From: Nannocystales bacterium
Lineage (GTDB): Bacteria > Myxococcota_A > Polyangia > Nannocystales > Nannocystaceae
DNA: 21,900 bases
Direction: 5' to 3'
Assembly: GCA_050633305.1 (NCBI GenBank)
Contig: JBOEGF010000074.1
Location: forward strand, 1 to 21,900
The notes under the pieces are model-generated. The model saw nothing but the letters and a program-made list of their open reading frames with translations, was not told where the DNA came from and searched no databases. The position numbers and the translations under genes are program-made. Shown piece by piece: positions 8,104-16,989 of the stretch (the stretch's first letter is position 1; each line of letters opens with the position of its first letter).

Positions 8104-11100
8104 GCCAGTTCGATCAACGTGGCCAACGGGATCGCAACGACAGTAGCCATAGCGGTTCAGCCCGTCTCCGAGCCCGATTGGGTCCGCGCTGCACCACCTT
8201 CCCAACCAGCTCGCGAAGTACCGCCACCCGTGCTGTGCGAGCCCCGTCTCCTCGTCCCGCTCCATCCCCGTGAACCGGTACCGGTTCACATCCACATCAA
8301 CGTCACTGCGGACAGCCCGATACGCCGTCGTCCCGTACGGGTGGTATTCCTCGTACGACACCACACCGCCGTCCGCGTCGACCTCGAGACTCGTGCTGCC
8401 AAGGTGGTTTCCCAGCGCGTAGCGGTACAGCGGTTTCGGCTTCGATACCGCCTTCCGATCTCTGCGGAGCTTCGTGTCAAGCGTTAGCCCACCGGGCGCA
8501 TGCTCGGTGAACGTTGCCTCGTCGACCTTCTCTTCATCAAGCGGGTCGCTCCCGACGAACTTCCGGAACTCCTCGACCCCGCCGACGTAGACCCGCTCCT
8601 CGGTGCGGCCTCCTTTGACGGTCCACTTCCGAACGCGAGCGCCATCGACGTACTGGAAGAACACCTCCGTCGTCCCGCGACGCACCCGGCGGAGCTGGTC
8701 GAACTCGTCCCACTCCATCTCGTCGAGGTGGGGCATCTGCATCCGTCCGAACTCGTCGTGCGGGTACAGCTCGGGTGTAGGCGTCTTCCCGACCGCACTG
8801 GCTCGCAGCCGATTGCCGTGCTCGCTGTACTGATTTCGTCGCGTCCAGGCCCCGGCGCTGTGCCGCACCGCGAGCTGATGACGCAGCTCCAGCAGGTTCC
8901 CGTGAACATCGTAGCGGTACCGCTGCGTGTAGTTGCGAACCGCCGTGACGTCGTTTGGCGCCGCCACCCGCTGCAGCGCGGTATCGGTCGGCCCTCGCCC
9001 CGGACCGCCGCCTGGCAGCTGGCCATGGTGCTCGCGTCCACTCGCCTCGACCAGGCGATAGAGCGTGTCGTAGCGGTAGCGCGTAACCGGCTCGACACTC
9101 TCGCCACCGGTCGTCACCGTCTTGTGCGCGCCGTCGCGGATCCGGACGATGTTCCCGGCAGCGTCATAGACGTATGACAGCGCCTGCAGCGTCTTGCTGC
9201 CGGCCTTCGACGTCATCGACGCGAGCCGCTGCGTTTTCGGGTCGTAGGCGTAGGCCGTGCGCGCCTTGCCGCGCTTCACCGCCGTCGCTCGACCGAAGAT
9301 GTCATAGCCCTCGACCTCGTGAATGACCTCCGCGCCTCCTCCCTCCGCGTCGATGCGCGAGACCTGCTTGGGCAGCCCCTCCTCTGTGTACTCGTGCACA
9401 TGCCGAGCCCCGTGCGGGTTCTGCGACTGCACGAGCCGGCCCTGCGCGTCGTACTGGGCACTCGACTCGAAGCCACGCTGCGTCTCCAGCAGGTCGGCCG
9501 CCGCCGCATCGAGTTCGGCCACCGACGTGCACCCCACCAACACCGTCCAGTCGGGCCGCTTCGTCGGGTCGGCAGGGAGGACCCTCAGTGTCCGCTCGAC
9601 CCCGCCTTGGTGGTCGTACTCGAGCAGCGACTGCAGACCGCCGCCATCATAGACCCGCAGCAGCCGGCCCTTGTGATACGTCGAGGCGTTCACGGCCTCG
9701 CCGGGGTCGACCTCGGGCGCCTCGTCGACCCACACCCGATGCTTCACCACCGCCGAGCTGCCGTCGGCATCGGCAACGACGAAGTCGCTCACCGGGCGCC
9801 GCAGAGCGTCGTAGCTCGAGAACATCCCATGCCCTGAGCCGACCGGTCCACGCCGGGCATAGAGCACCGACCCATCGACGTTTGGAACGCTCGCCGAAAC
9901 ACCGCCGTCAACACTGCGCGCTTGCAGCTGCAGGCCGCCCAGGCCGAAACGCCGCTTCTCAGCAACCCGGCCGTCGGCGTCGATGGTCTCAACCGCATTC
10001 CCGGCCGCGTCGAAGTGCGTCCGCGTGACCACCATCCGGTGCTGCGTCTCGTCGCGCAGTTCGGCGAAGACCGCGTGCGTCCGGCCGAGAGCATCGAACC
10101 GGACGTGGCTCCCCGTCCCCGCGTGCAGCTCCAGGTCGGCCTTCTCGCGGTCGTCGAGTTCGCCCTCGAACCCCTCCTCGCCGGCGGTGTCGTTGCGATC
10201 GAAGACGACCTGCCCCCAGGCGTCAAACTCGGTTCGCTCAACGGTTCCGTCCCGGTACTCCACCCGGACCGGGCGCCCCAAGTCATCGTAGTGAACCTTC
10301 TTGACCGGGTCTCCGCTGACCACCGCGTAGCTGGGCCCGCCCTCGCTGGGGTCGAAGCTCGAAACAGCCTTGCCCTTGTTGTTGACCGCCTGGTGCCCGC
10401 CCGTGCGGAACCGGGCCCCCTCGATCTTCGTGCGGGTCTGCAACGCCGCCCCCGACCCGCTGTAGTAGGTGATGCTCGTGTGTTCGTGCGCGCTCGCCTT
10501 CGGCTCGGGCAGGCGCTTGTGCTTGCGGAGCTTGAAGTGCTCGTGGCGGGTGTGGACCGTCACCGAGACCGGCTGGGCATCGAGGTCGTACTCGATGCGG
10601 GTCGCGGGGTCGTCTTCAGTGGTCCCCTCCCCGTCCACGCCAAAGCTCCATGTTTTCGTGACACGCCCCAGAGCATCGAAGCGCACGTTCGATTCCACGC
10701 CGTTCGCCCCCACGACCCGCTTGGCACCAAGCGTCCGCAGGTCGAACTCCGAGCGCACCGTATTGCCGAGCGCGTCGCTGGCCTCGACAGCGAAATAGGC
10801 GTCCTCGTCATAAGTCACGGTCGACGCGTTGCCGAACGCATCGAGAGCGCGCTCCAAGAGGAAGAACTTCGACGGATCGTGCTCGGCCGTCCCCGAGGGC
10901 GCCCAGAGCAGGCCCGCATCCTTGACGTAGGGCGAAGCATCCAACCGCTCTTTCGCGAGACCGTCTCCGCCAAAGACCGAACCCCATTGCGCATCGCTGA
11001 GAACCGCGCTGTGACTGGAGTGAGCAATTCCCGTCCGGCCGATGCCCGAGGGGGCCCCCGAAGCCTTGCCACCGAACGGCCCCGCGACGTCGTCGTCGAA

Positions 11101-14100
11101 GAAGTACGTCCGGTCGTGACTGAGAAGCTCGCCACCACCCATCCCGCGCAGCGCCCCCATCGAGAACGGGGCCGCGGAGTCACCGGACTGTCCCGTGACC
11201 GCGAAGCTGCGCGTCTCGGCGACCGCCCCGACGCGATAGTGGTCGGGCTTGTCCTCGTCGAAAACGGTCACGACCTCGCTCCGCACAACCTCCGTCCGCA
11301 GCTGCGGGTCGTCGGAGGGAGCGTCCGAGGTGGTCAGGTCCGGGTCCGGCGGCGCCTCCGGGCCGGCGTCGGGTTTCGAGATACCCGAAGGGTCGTCGAT
11401 CTCCCCACTGTGCACGTCGACCCGCACGGTCCGGGTCATCCCCTTCGACCACGCGTCGTAGACCCCATCGCCTTTGCCCAGCAAAGGCCCCGGCGGGGCA
11501 GGCTCAGCTTCGGTGTCGAACAGAAACAGCTCGACCCGGCGGTTGGCGGGCTCGGCCGTGTCGTCGGGCGTCGGCACGGCGAGAAAGCTCTCCCCGGCGC
11601 CCACCGTTTTCACGGACACGCCCGCGGGCAGCGATGCCCCCGCATGTTGAAAGTAGGCCTCGACAAGGGAGGCCCGCTGCTCCGTAAGCCCCGAGGCCCC
11701 CTGCCCCGCTGCGAAGGCCTCGAAGTCCGCATGCCCCAGCGCGGTGGCCATGTGGCCATCCTCAACCTCGCCCCAAACCCCGATGCCGCTGCCCTCGTAC
11801 TGCGACAGCCACACCGCGACATCACCACGCAAGAGCGCCCCGACCGTCTCCGCGCGGGCGACCGAGAGCGCCGCATTGTCGTCCAGCTGCCCTTCGGTGT
11901 CGGTGTGTCCGACCACCACCACCTCGGCGCCGGACCGCTTCTGATGCAGCGCCTGCGCCGACCTCAGCCCCGGCAGCGCCGCGGGCAAGACGAAGCTCTT
12001 GGCCTCCTCGAACATCACGCCGACCAGCTCGACCCGCACCCCGGTGTCTTCCTCCGGGTCATCAGGCCCGATGGGCTCGACGGGATTCAGCGGCAGCGAA
12101 GGCTCAGCCGCCGCCTTGCGCCGCGGGTAGGCCACCTCGATGGTTTTCAGAGGCACCCCGAACTTGTCCACTTCGAGCACCGCGCTGTGGCTCACCCGGG
12201 GGTCTGGCGTCTCCTGGCGCTCATAGCTGTACGACAGCGACTGCTCGGCCACCGTCAACAAGCAGCGGTGGTCATCTCCGCCACCCACGCTCTTCACATC
12301 GTAGCCGTGGACGGAAATCGCCAAAGGCCGGTCCGCCACGTCCTGGGCCGCCGCCTTTGCCTCGTCGTCCGCTCCCGCGTCGAGGCCCGGCCGTATCTCC
12401 GCGTACGACTCGCTGCGCAGCAGCATCCCCTTGAGCGCTCGGGCGACCTCGGGATCCCCCGCGCCGGGCTCGGGGAGCGAGACCACGCTGGGGTCGTAGT
12501 CCTGGTTGTACTCGGTGGCGTAGAGCTCGGACAGCGTGCCAGCACCCGGCGGCACGATCCCCGTGTGGAACCACGAGCGGGTGAACGTCCGGGGGATGGC
12601 GTCCTCGAGGGCGTAGGACTGCCGAACGGACGTCTTCTTACCGCTGCGCTTCTCCGCCTTCGCGGCCAACAGCGCCAGGTCCTGCGCATCGCCCTGCTCG
12701 ATGAAGCCAAAGCCCCGGAACTCCCGCTCCCGCGGGTCCCAGAACCCGTGGCGGTAGACATACGACGACGAGAAGTAGAGCTCGGCCGCGTGGTCGTACG
12801 ACTCGAGTTCGGTCACGACGGGCACACACAGCGGAAGCCGCCCGATCGGTGAGGCCTCTTCGGGCGAGGGAAGCAGCGCCGTGCTCGAGCGGTAGGTGAA
12901 GAACGTCTGCAAGCCGATGTTGTTCTCATCGACCGCCAGCAGCATCTGCCGCACCTCTCCCTGCTCGCCGGGGAAGAAATCGATGCTGGTGACAACGGCG
13001 TTCGCTTCCTTCTTGGCGAAGACGAACGACCCCGTCCCCCGCCCCTCGATCCGGCACAGCGACGAGAGTCCGAGTTCCTCGAAAGCTGGAATCGGCAGCG
13101 GCGGCTGAGCAACGAACCCGTTGCCGCTCTCGCCGAGCCAGAGCGTTGCCTCGCCATCCCCCACGACGAGGATGTCGACACCACCGGTGCCTTGCACGTC
13201 GAAGGCCCGGATCCTTCGGGGGTCGATCGCCGGCCCCGCCAAGCCGTCTCGCGTCGGCAGAGACGTATCCGGAACCGGCAGCGGAAGCGGGTCGCCGAAC
13301 TTGCCGTGCCCCAGCCCTGACCACAACGTCGCGTTGCCTTGCTGCAGGTGCACCAAGTCCGGCAAGCCATCCCCGGAGACGTCGACCAGCATCACGCAAG
13401 CGTCGGGGTCAGCGAGCGCATCTTCGGCCTCCGGAGGCATGTCCGGCGTTTCCACGGGCTCCCAACCACGCTCGAGGCCCTCGAAGCGCCAAAGCTCGGG
13501 CTTCGCTCCCTGCTCGGCCACCACCAGCGCATCCGTCCGTCCGTCGCCGTCGAGGTCGCCCCACAATACCCGGGGGAACCCAGTCTCCTCGTCAAGGTCC
13601 GCCTCAGGCGGCACCGACGGAACGATGACGCCAACCGCCCAACCATCGTCGTCCGGGTTGCGCTCCCAGACCTGCCCCGAGCCGCCCGGCCCGAGTTCGA
13701 CCAACGCTGGGCGACCGTCGAGGTCGAGGTCGAAGAACCGCTGGCGGTGCGCCTCGTGACCTCCCGAGGCGGACGCTCCAAACGCGAGAGACTCCGGTGG
13801 AGCGTTCGTCTGCGCATCAACCCGGCGGTGAAAGGAAAACGCACCAAGGTGCCGCACCAACAGGCCCGCAACCGCCCGGCCATCGAGGTCGATGAACTCG
13901 GCATCGGTCAGCTTCTTCGAGAGGTCGAGCCCTTCGAACGCGGGCAACACCCGGACCTGCGGAGCGATGGCCTGCTCGGTGTAGACGAACGTCCGCGGCG
14001 GCGCGGCCAGCTCGCTGCCGCCCTCACCGATGCCAATGTGTTTGACCTCGGTCAACCGCGAAGCGACCTCGTCCAGGTCGTAGGAAAGCTCGACGCGCGA

Positions 14101-15168
14101 GACCAATAGGGTTTCCCCGCCCAAGCGATGCAGCACCCGAACGCCCCGGCACAGCCTCCGCGTCCGGACCTCAAAGCCTGCCCGGCCCGACGAGAACGGG
14201 TCAGGACGCGCGAACCACGCCCCGGGGTCTTCCTGCGCGAGGTCTGCCGAGCCCGGCTGGGCTTCCCAGTCCAGAAGCACCTCGAACAGGAAGTCCTCCG
14301 GCGCCCCCTCGACCAGAGCTTGCATCCCCGCCTCCGAGGCCACGGGGAACGCCTCCTGCGGCGGTTTCCGGTTCGCGTACAGGACTCGTACCAGCACGCT
14401 CTGGCATCCCGGCGCCCGGCCGCCCTCGACTTCGGTGTCGGTGGCGTACTGATAGACCACCGTGTTGCCCAGCGGGTCGATCTGAGCTGAGAGGTTCCAG
14501 CGGAACACTCGGGTCTCGTCGTCGGGGTCGGCCACGCGTGAAGCTGCGTCGAACCCGAAGACCGAAACCACGTTGTTTCCGCTCGTGACGCGCCAGTGCG
14601 AGACGCCCCCCTTCTCCCACCGCTCGATACGAGCAAAGCCCCCCTCGAGCCGTGGCTGATACCGGGTGACAGCGTAGCCGCCCTGCCCTTCTCCGGCCCC
14701 GATCTTCACCAGCTCAGCGGCGTCCGAGAAGATGAAGACGTCCGACTCGGCAGCATCGTCGTACGTCGGCACCCCTCGGGCGCTCTGCCCCAAGTGGGGA
14801 CGCGTCGTGGCCCGCTGGAAGTACGGCACACTCAGCGCCCAACCAAGGCCAAACGGCCCGTTCTCCCCATTGCTGTCGTACCCGAGCCCCAACCCAGGTG
14901 TCAGCGTGCGACCCGGCGGCAGCGGGAACGCAATGCTTCCCGTTGCCGAGCCCATCACCGCGTTGACCGAGAACTTCTCCCCGAGCTTGGGGAGCCCGAC
15001 CCCGCCCTCGGACCCCGCTGCCTCCGGCGTCATTGCCTGTGGGTCCTCGTCGCCCTCGACGTGGATCACCAGCTCATGGTGCTTGCCCGGCTCGGCCGTC
15101 ACCGGCGACGTCTCCCCAGTGGGCAGCAGCCGCACGTTGTGGGTCACATCAGGGCGTGAATCAGCCAT
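6979..15168 (-). CDS. SpvB/TcB-TcC (Rhs/YD) fusion toxin, 2729 aa, with inserted OmpA-like domain and C-terminal AHH-like nuclease
   Basis: SpvB N-terminus (GEKFSVN...G..GPFGLGWALSVP; RPDPFSSGRAGFEVRTRRLC), FG-GAP repeats (DLDGDGRTD, DVSGDGLPDL), TcdB-mid REFRGFG, YD repeats, and Rhs core (GSTSLEVDADGGVVSYEEYHPYG, RYRFTGMERDEETGL, DPIG...PVGHVDRTG). The tail carries PHAHH...NLGWAPNKGH. Extended -10 TGGTAGCCT at 15181-15189 on - supports the start. Confidence 0.93.
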   Translation of the reverse strand: MADSRPDVTHNVRLLPTGETSPVTAEPGKHHELVIHVEGDEDPQAMTPEAAGSEGGVGLPKLGEKFSVNAVMGSATGSIAFPLPPGRTLTPGLGLGYDSNGENGPFGLGWALSVPYFQRATTRPHLGQSARGVPTYDDAAESDVFIFSDAAELVKIGAGEGQGGYAVTRYQPRLEGGFARIERWEKGGVSHWRVTSGNNVVSVFGFDAASRVADPDDETRVFRWNLSAQIDPLGNTVVYQYATDTEVEGGRAPGCQSVLVRVLYANRKPPQEAFPVASEAGMQALVEGAPEDFLFEVLLDWEAQPGSADLAQEDPGAWFARPDPFSSGRAGFEVRTRRLCRGVRVLHRLGGETLLVSRVELSYDLDEVASRLTEVKHIGIGEGGSELAAPPRTFVYTEQAIAPQVRVLPAFEGLDLSKKLTDAEFIDLDGRAVAGLLVRHLGAFSFHRRVDAQTNAPPESLAFGASASGGHEAHRQRFFDLDLDGRPALVELGPGGSGQVWERNPDDDGWAVGVIVPSVPPEADLDEETGFPRVLWGDLDGDGRTDALVVAEQGAKPELWRFEGLERGWEPVETPDMPPEAEDALADPDACVMLVDVSGDGLPDLVHLQQGNATLWSGLGHGKFGDPLPLPVPDTSLPTRDGLAGPAIDPRRIRAFDVQGTGGVDILVVGDGEATLWLGESGNGFVAQPPLPIPAFEELGLSSLCRIEGRGTGSFVFAKKEANAVVTSIDFFPGEQGEVRQMLLAVDENNIGLQTFFTYRSSTALLPSPEEASPIGRLPLCVPVVTELESYDHAAELYFSSSYVYRHGFWDPREREFRGFGFIEQGDAQDLALLAAKAEKRSGKKTSVRQSYALEDAIPRTFTRSWFHTGIVPPGAGTLSELYATEYNQDYDPSVVSLPEPGAGDPEVARALKGMLLRSESYAEIRPGLDAGADDEAKAAAQDVADRPLAISVHGYDVKSVGGGDDHRCLLTVAEQSLSYSYERQETPDPRVSHSAVLEVDKFGVPLKTIEVAYPRRKAAAEPSLPLNPVEPIGPDDPEEDTGVRVELVGVMFEEAKSFVLPAALPGLRSAQALHQKRSGAEVVVVGHTDTEGQLDDNAALSVARAETVGALLRGDVAVWLSQYEGSGIGVWGEVEDGHMATALGHADFEAFAAGQGASGLTEQRASLVEAYFQHAGASLPAGVSVKTVGAGESFLAVPTPDDTAEPANRRVELFLFDTEAEPAPPGPLLGKGDGVYDAWSKGMTRTVRVDVHSGEIDDPSGISKPDAGPEAPPDPDLTTSDAPSDDPQLRTEVVRSEVVTVFDEDKPDHYRVGAVAETRSFAVTGQSGDSAAPFSMGALRGMGGGELLSHDRTYFFDDDVAGPFGGKASGAPSGIGRTGIAHSSHSAVLSDAQWGSVFGGDGLAKERLDASPYVKDAGLLWAPSGTAEHDPSKFFLLERALDAFGNASTVTYDEDAYFAVEASDALGNTVRSEFDLRTLGAKRVVGANGVESNVRFDALGRVTKTWSFGVDGEGTTEDDPATRIEYDLDAQPVSVTVHTRHEHFKLRKHKRLPEPKASAHEHTSITYYSGSGAALQTRTKIEGARFRTGGHQAVNNKGKAVSSFDPSEGGPSYAVVSGDPVKKVHYDDLGRPVRVEYRDGTVERTEFDAWGQVVFDRNDTAGEEGFEGELDDREKADLELHAGTGSHVRFDALGRTHAVFAELRDETQHRMVVTRTHFDAAGNAVETIDADGRVAEKRRFGLGGLQLQARSVDGGVSASVPNVDGSVLYARRGPVGSGHGMFSSYDALRRPVSDFVVADADGSSAVVKHRVWVDEAPEVDPGEAVNASTYHKGRLLRVYDGGGLQSLLEYDHQGGVERTLRVLPADPTKRPDWTVLVGCTSVAELDAAAADLLETQRGFESSAQYDAQGRLVQSQNPHGARHVHEYTEEGLPKQVSRIDAEGGGAEVIHEVEGYDIFGRATAVKRGKARTAYAYDPKTQRLASMTSKAGSKTLQALSYVYDAAGNIVRIRDGAHKTVTTGGESVEPVTRYRYDTLYRLVEASGREHHGQLPGGGPGRGPTDTALQRVAAPNDVTAVRNYTQRYRYDVHGNLLELRHQLAVRHSAGAWTRRNQYSEHGNRLRASAVGKTPTPELYPHDEFGRMQMPHLDEMEWDEFDQLRRVRRGTTEVFFQYVDGARVRKWTVKGGRTEERVYVGGVEEFRKFVGSDPLDEEKVDEATFTEHAPGGLTLDTKLRRDRKAVSKPKPLYRYALGNHLGSTSLEVDADGGVVSYEEYHPYGTTAYRAVRSDVDVDVNRYRFTGMERDEETGLAQHGWRYFASWLGRWCSADPIGLGDGLNRYGYCRCDPVGHVDRTGTQGIGDWFADVETSAIEGLASAGESLRAGYGAAGDAISSGREAAASGANAAVSRLAGDTAGDAAELYVRGATAPLLLSQGCAVASSHLLGSGLSAPQRFDTGVQHLAQAVETGNLERGVAAAGEVVSSGAEIAGMVYGGAAAAMEVRAAVAAGEFGWSTVASIARGESAALSEAIVAGRARSRSGSFRSVGAMAAELPAPRPRAWTPSQSLSPESVRALTRVPSSSVKRVNGAIPLGPGPSYKALPPARHGDFHGPWRPLPSDSFKWGRYLRRLTGTTAPRGMYRPHAHHGVYKKGMPGRQAEVVADAQDIVRRRAGVDPIWGLANLGWAPNKGHTTAAMEEILQRLRFLDEAGGTPEDFGSLLRTFLSEAARR
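11515..12045 (-). other. OmpA/MotB-like peptidoglycan-binding domain embedded in the toxin
   Basis: VMFEEAKSFVLP...VVVGHTDTEGQLDDNAALSVARA...GAGE...ANRRVELF gives the full OmpA_C signature, flanked by Pro/Asp-rich linkers. Confidence 0.88.
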
Positions 15169-15299
15169 CGGGGCGCTCGCAGGCTACCACCGACGTCACC
15201 GGCCCCCGAAGCGAGTTCAACGAGAAGGGACAGGCCCCTGCCCTTCTCGTCAGACGCGATTGCCTCCGCCCTGATTCCTGCCCGACACTCGTGCTCCGC

Positions 15300-16400
15300 G
15301 TGGCGCTCAAACCGATCAAGCTCCGCCTCGACGGCGAGGACGTCCACCTCGTCCCGGCGCGAGACGTGGACCGTTGGGGAGGCTATATGAACGGCCGCCA
15401 CGGCGCCTGGGAACTGACAACCGCGGAGAACATAGGCGACATCCGCCAAGCCCTCATGTGCCCACCGTCCCAGGACACCGAAGGTGTCTACACCGAGCTG
15501 CGCAAGCAACTCGAGGATGGTTCGGCGCTGTTCTTTGAGCTCCCGCCCAAGTCGGTCCCGTTCGACAGTCCGCCAGAGGTCGACATCCGCGACCTCATCC
15601 CCGACGGCCGCGACGACCGAGACAGCAAGAACCCCGACGCCCACGGAAGCCTGCACTGGCTAGAGGTCGTCTGTGTATCCGCCAAGGGAGAGTCGTTCGC
15701 GGGAGCGAAAGCACGAGTGCGACTCCCCGACGGCCGCACTGAGCACGTGACGCTCAGCGGGACTTCGTCCGTCCGCTTCGACGACCTCACAGAAGGTGGC
15801 ACGGCCCTCTTCGAGCTTTCCGGAGACGCTGTTGCTCGGGGCTCGCTCCGGAATCCGGAGGGTACTCGATACGACCTCGGCGCCTCGATCGGCCTGTCAA
15901 CGCGACGCCAGCATGTCCTGGTCGTCCATCCAAACCCCCGCGCGTTCGTTTCCGTCGAACTCTTCGTCGAAGACGAACCGGTGAGCGCAGGGAACTACAC
16001 GCTGACAACCAAGCTCGGAGACCAAGGTGGCCCCCTCGACGGCAAAGAGGCCCGCGCCGACGGCTTTGCGCTCCCCTCTTCGGCGACCTACAGCTTCGAA
16101 CAGGTGACCCTCCCGCCGAGGCCGGCGAAAGAGGATGTTCCGGGCAAGCCCGACGCCCCTATAAACCCCGACGACTCGGGATCCGTTGGCCACGACCCGA
16201 TCACCCACGAGCCCAAGCACCCCCCCGTTCCAGAGGACGCTGTCCGGGTCACGCTGCGCCTTGAGGACGGCTCCTCGCTTCCCGGAAGCATCCAGCTCTC
16301 CCACGCCAAGACAGACGAAGCTGAGGGCGAAGAGGCGGAGTTCACCGGGATCCATTCAACCGGGACCCTGCGCGCTCGATCGCTCCGGATTCCCGACTAG
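15300..16400 (+). CDS. Hypothetical multidomain beta-rich protein with transthyretin/carboxypeptidase-regulatory-like module
   Basis: HWLEVVCVSAKGESFAGAKARVRLPDGRTEHVTLSGTSSVRFDDL resembles the WIEIEL.D..G.P......V.LPDG....G.L module. Start likely GTG 15300 or 15291, since the ORF-track start at 15033 overlaps the toxin. TTGCCT-N18-GACACT lies upstream. Confidence 0.75.
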   Translation: MALKPIKLRLDGEDVHLVPARDVDRWGGYMNGRHGAWELTTAENIGDIRQALMCPPSQDTEGVYTELRKQLEDGSALFFELPPKSVPFDSPPEVDIRDLIPDGRDDRDSKNPDAHGSLHWLEVVCVSAKGESFAGAKARVRLPDGRTEHVTLSGTSSVRFDDLTEGGTALFELSGDAVARGSLRNPEGTRYDLGASIGLSTRRQHVLVVHPNPRAFVSVELFVEDEPVSAGNYTLTTKLGDQGGPLDGKEARADGFALPSSATYSFEQVTLPPRPAKEDVPGKPDAPINPDDSGSVGHDPITHEPKHPPVPEDAVRVTLRLEDGSSLPGSIQLSHAKTDEAEGEEAEFTGIHSTGTLRARSLRIPD

Positions 16401-16514
16401 CGAACCCCGGGGAGCGGCCCGAGGGCAGTGCGCAGCATCAAGGACACGGACCAGAGAACCCGCCGCGCACAGATCTGCACCGTCTTCTCAGGCGATGCCC
16501 TCCTCCTCTGGAGT

Positions 16515-16805
16515 TCACGGTCTGGGACCGTACTCCTCAAGAATCTCACGCATTCGCAGCATCGCCGCCTCAAGAGCCGCCCGCGGAATCGGACGAATCG
16601 ACAGAGCAGCAAGCAAGGCTTCGAGCGCATCGTCGAGCACACACGACCAGCCATCAACCCCCGGGCCTGCAAAGGCCTCGGCAAGGCCTCGTACTTCTCG
16701 CCACTGCGCGTCGAACTCCTCGGCAAGTCTCGACGCAACGTCCCAATCTTGACGCTCCACAGCATGCTCGAGATCGGACCACTCCCCTATCGATTCTTCC
16801 AGCAC
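16515..16805 (-). CDS. Small helical hypothetical protein
   Basis: 96 aa, acidic, amphipathic helices. GGGGGAG precedes the GTG start. Confidence 0.45.
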   Translation of the reverse strand: MLEESIGEWSDLEHAVERQDWDVASRLAEEFDAQWREVRGLAEAFAGPGVDGWSCVLDDALEALLAALSIRPIPRAALEAAMLRMREILEEYGPRP

Positions 16806-16989
16806 GACCCGGTCTCCCCCTGCCGTGCCCCAGCAAGACCCGCTGAATCGTCCACCGCTTCACGCTGACGTCTCGCGAACAGTTTGAAACGGCGGCCTTC
16901 GAGAGGAGGGCAACTCATGACTCACATGTCGACCGTCGGGCCACTCCGTTGCAGAGTTTTTTTTTCCCGATTTCAGGTCGCCCCGCCTG

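Noticed and set aside
9922..12852. 976-aa ORF on the + strand
   Set aside because: Antisense shadow of the GC3-biased toxin gene. It is Arg/Val/Gly-rich with no motifs.
15033..15290. N-terminal extension of the divergent gene
   Set aside because: Overlaps the toxin start and its promoter, and its composition is not protein-like.
16957..16965. Run of nine T as an intrinsic terminator
   Set aside because: No convincing GC stem directly before it.
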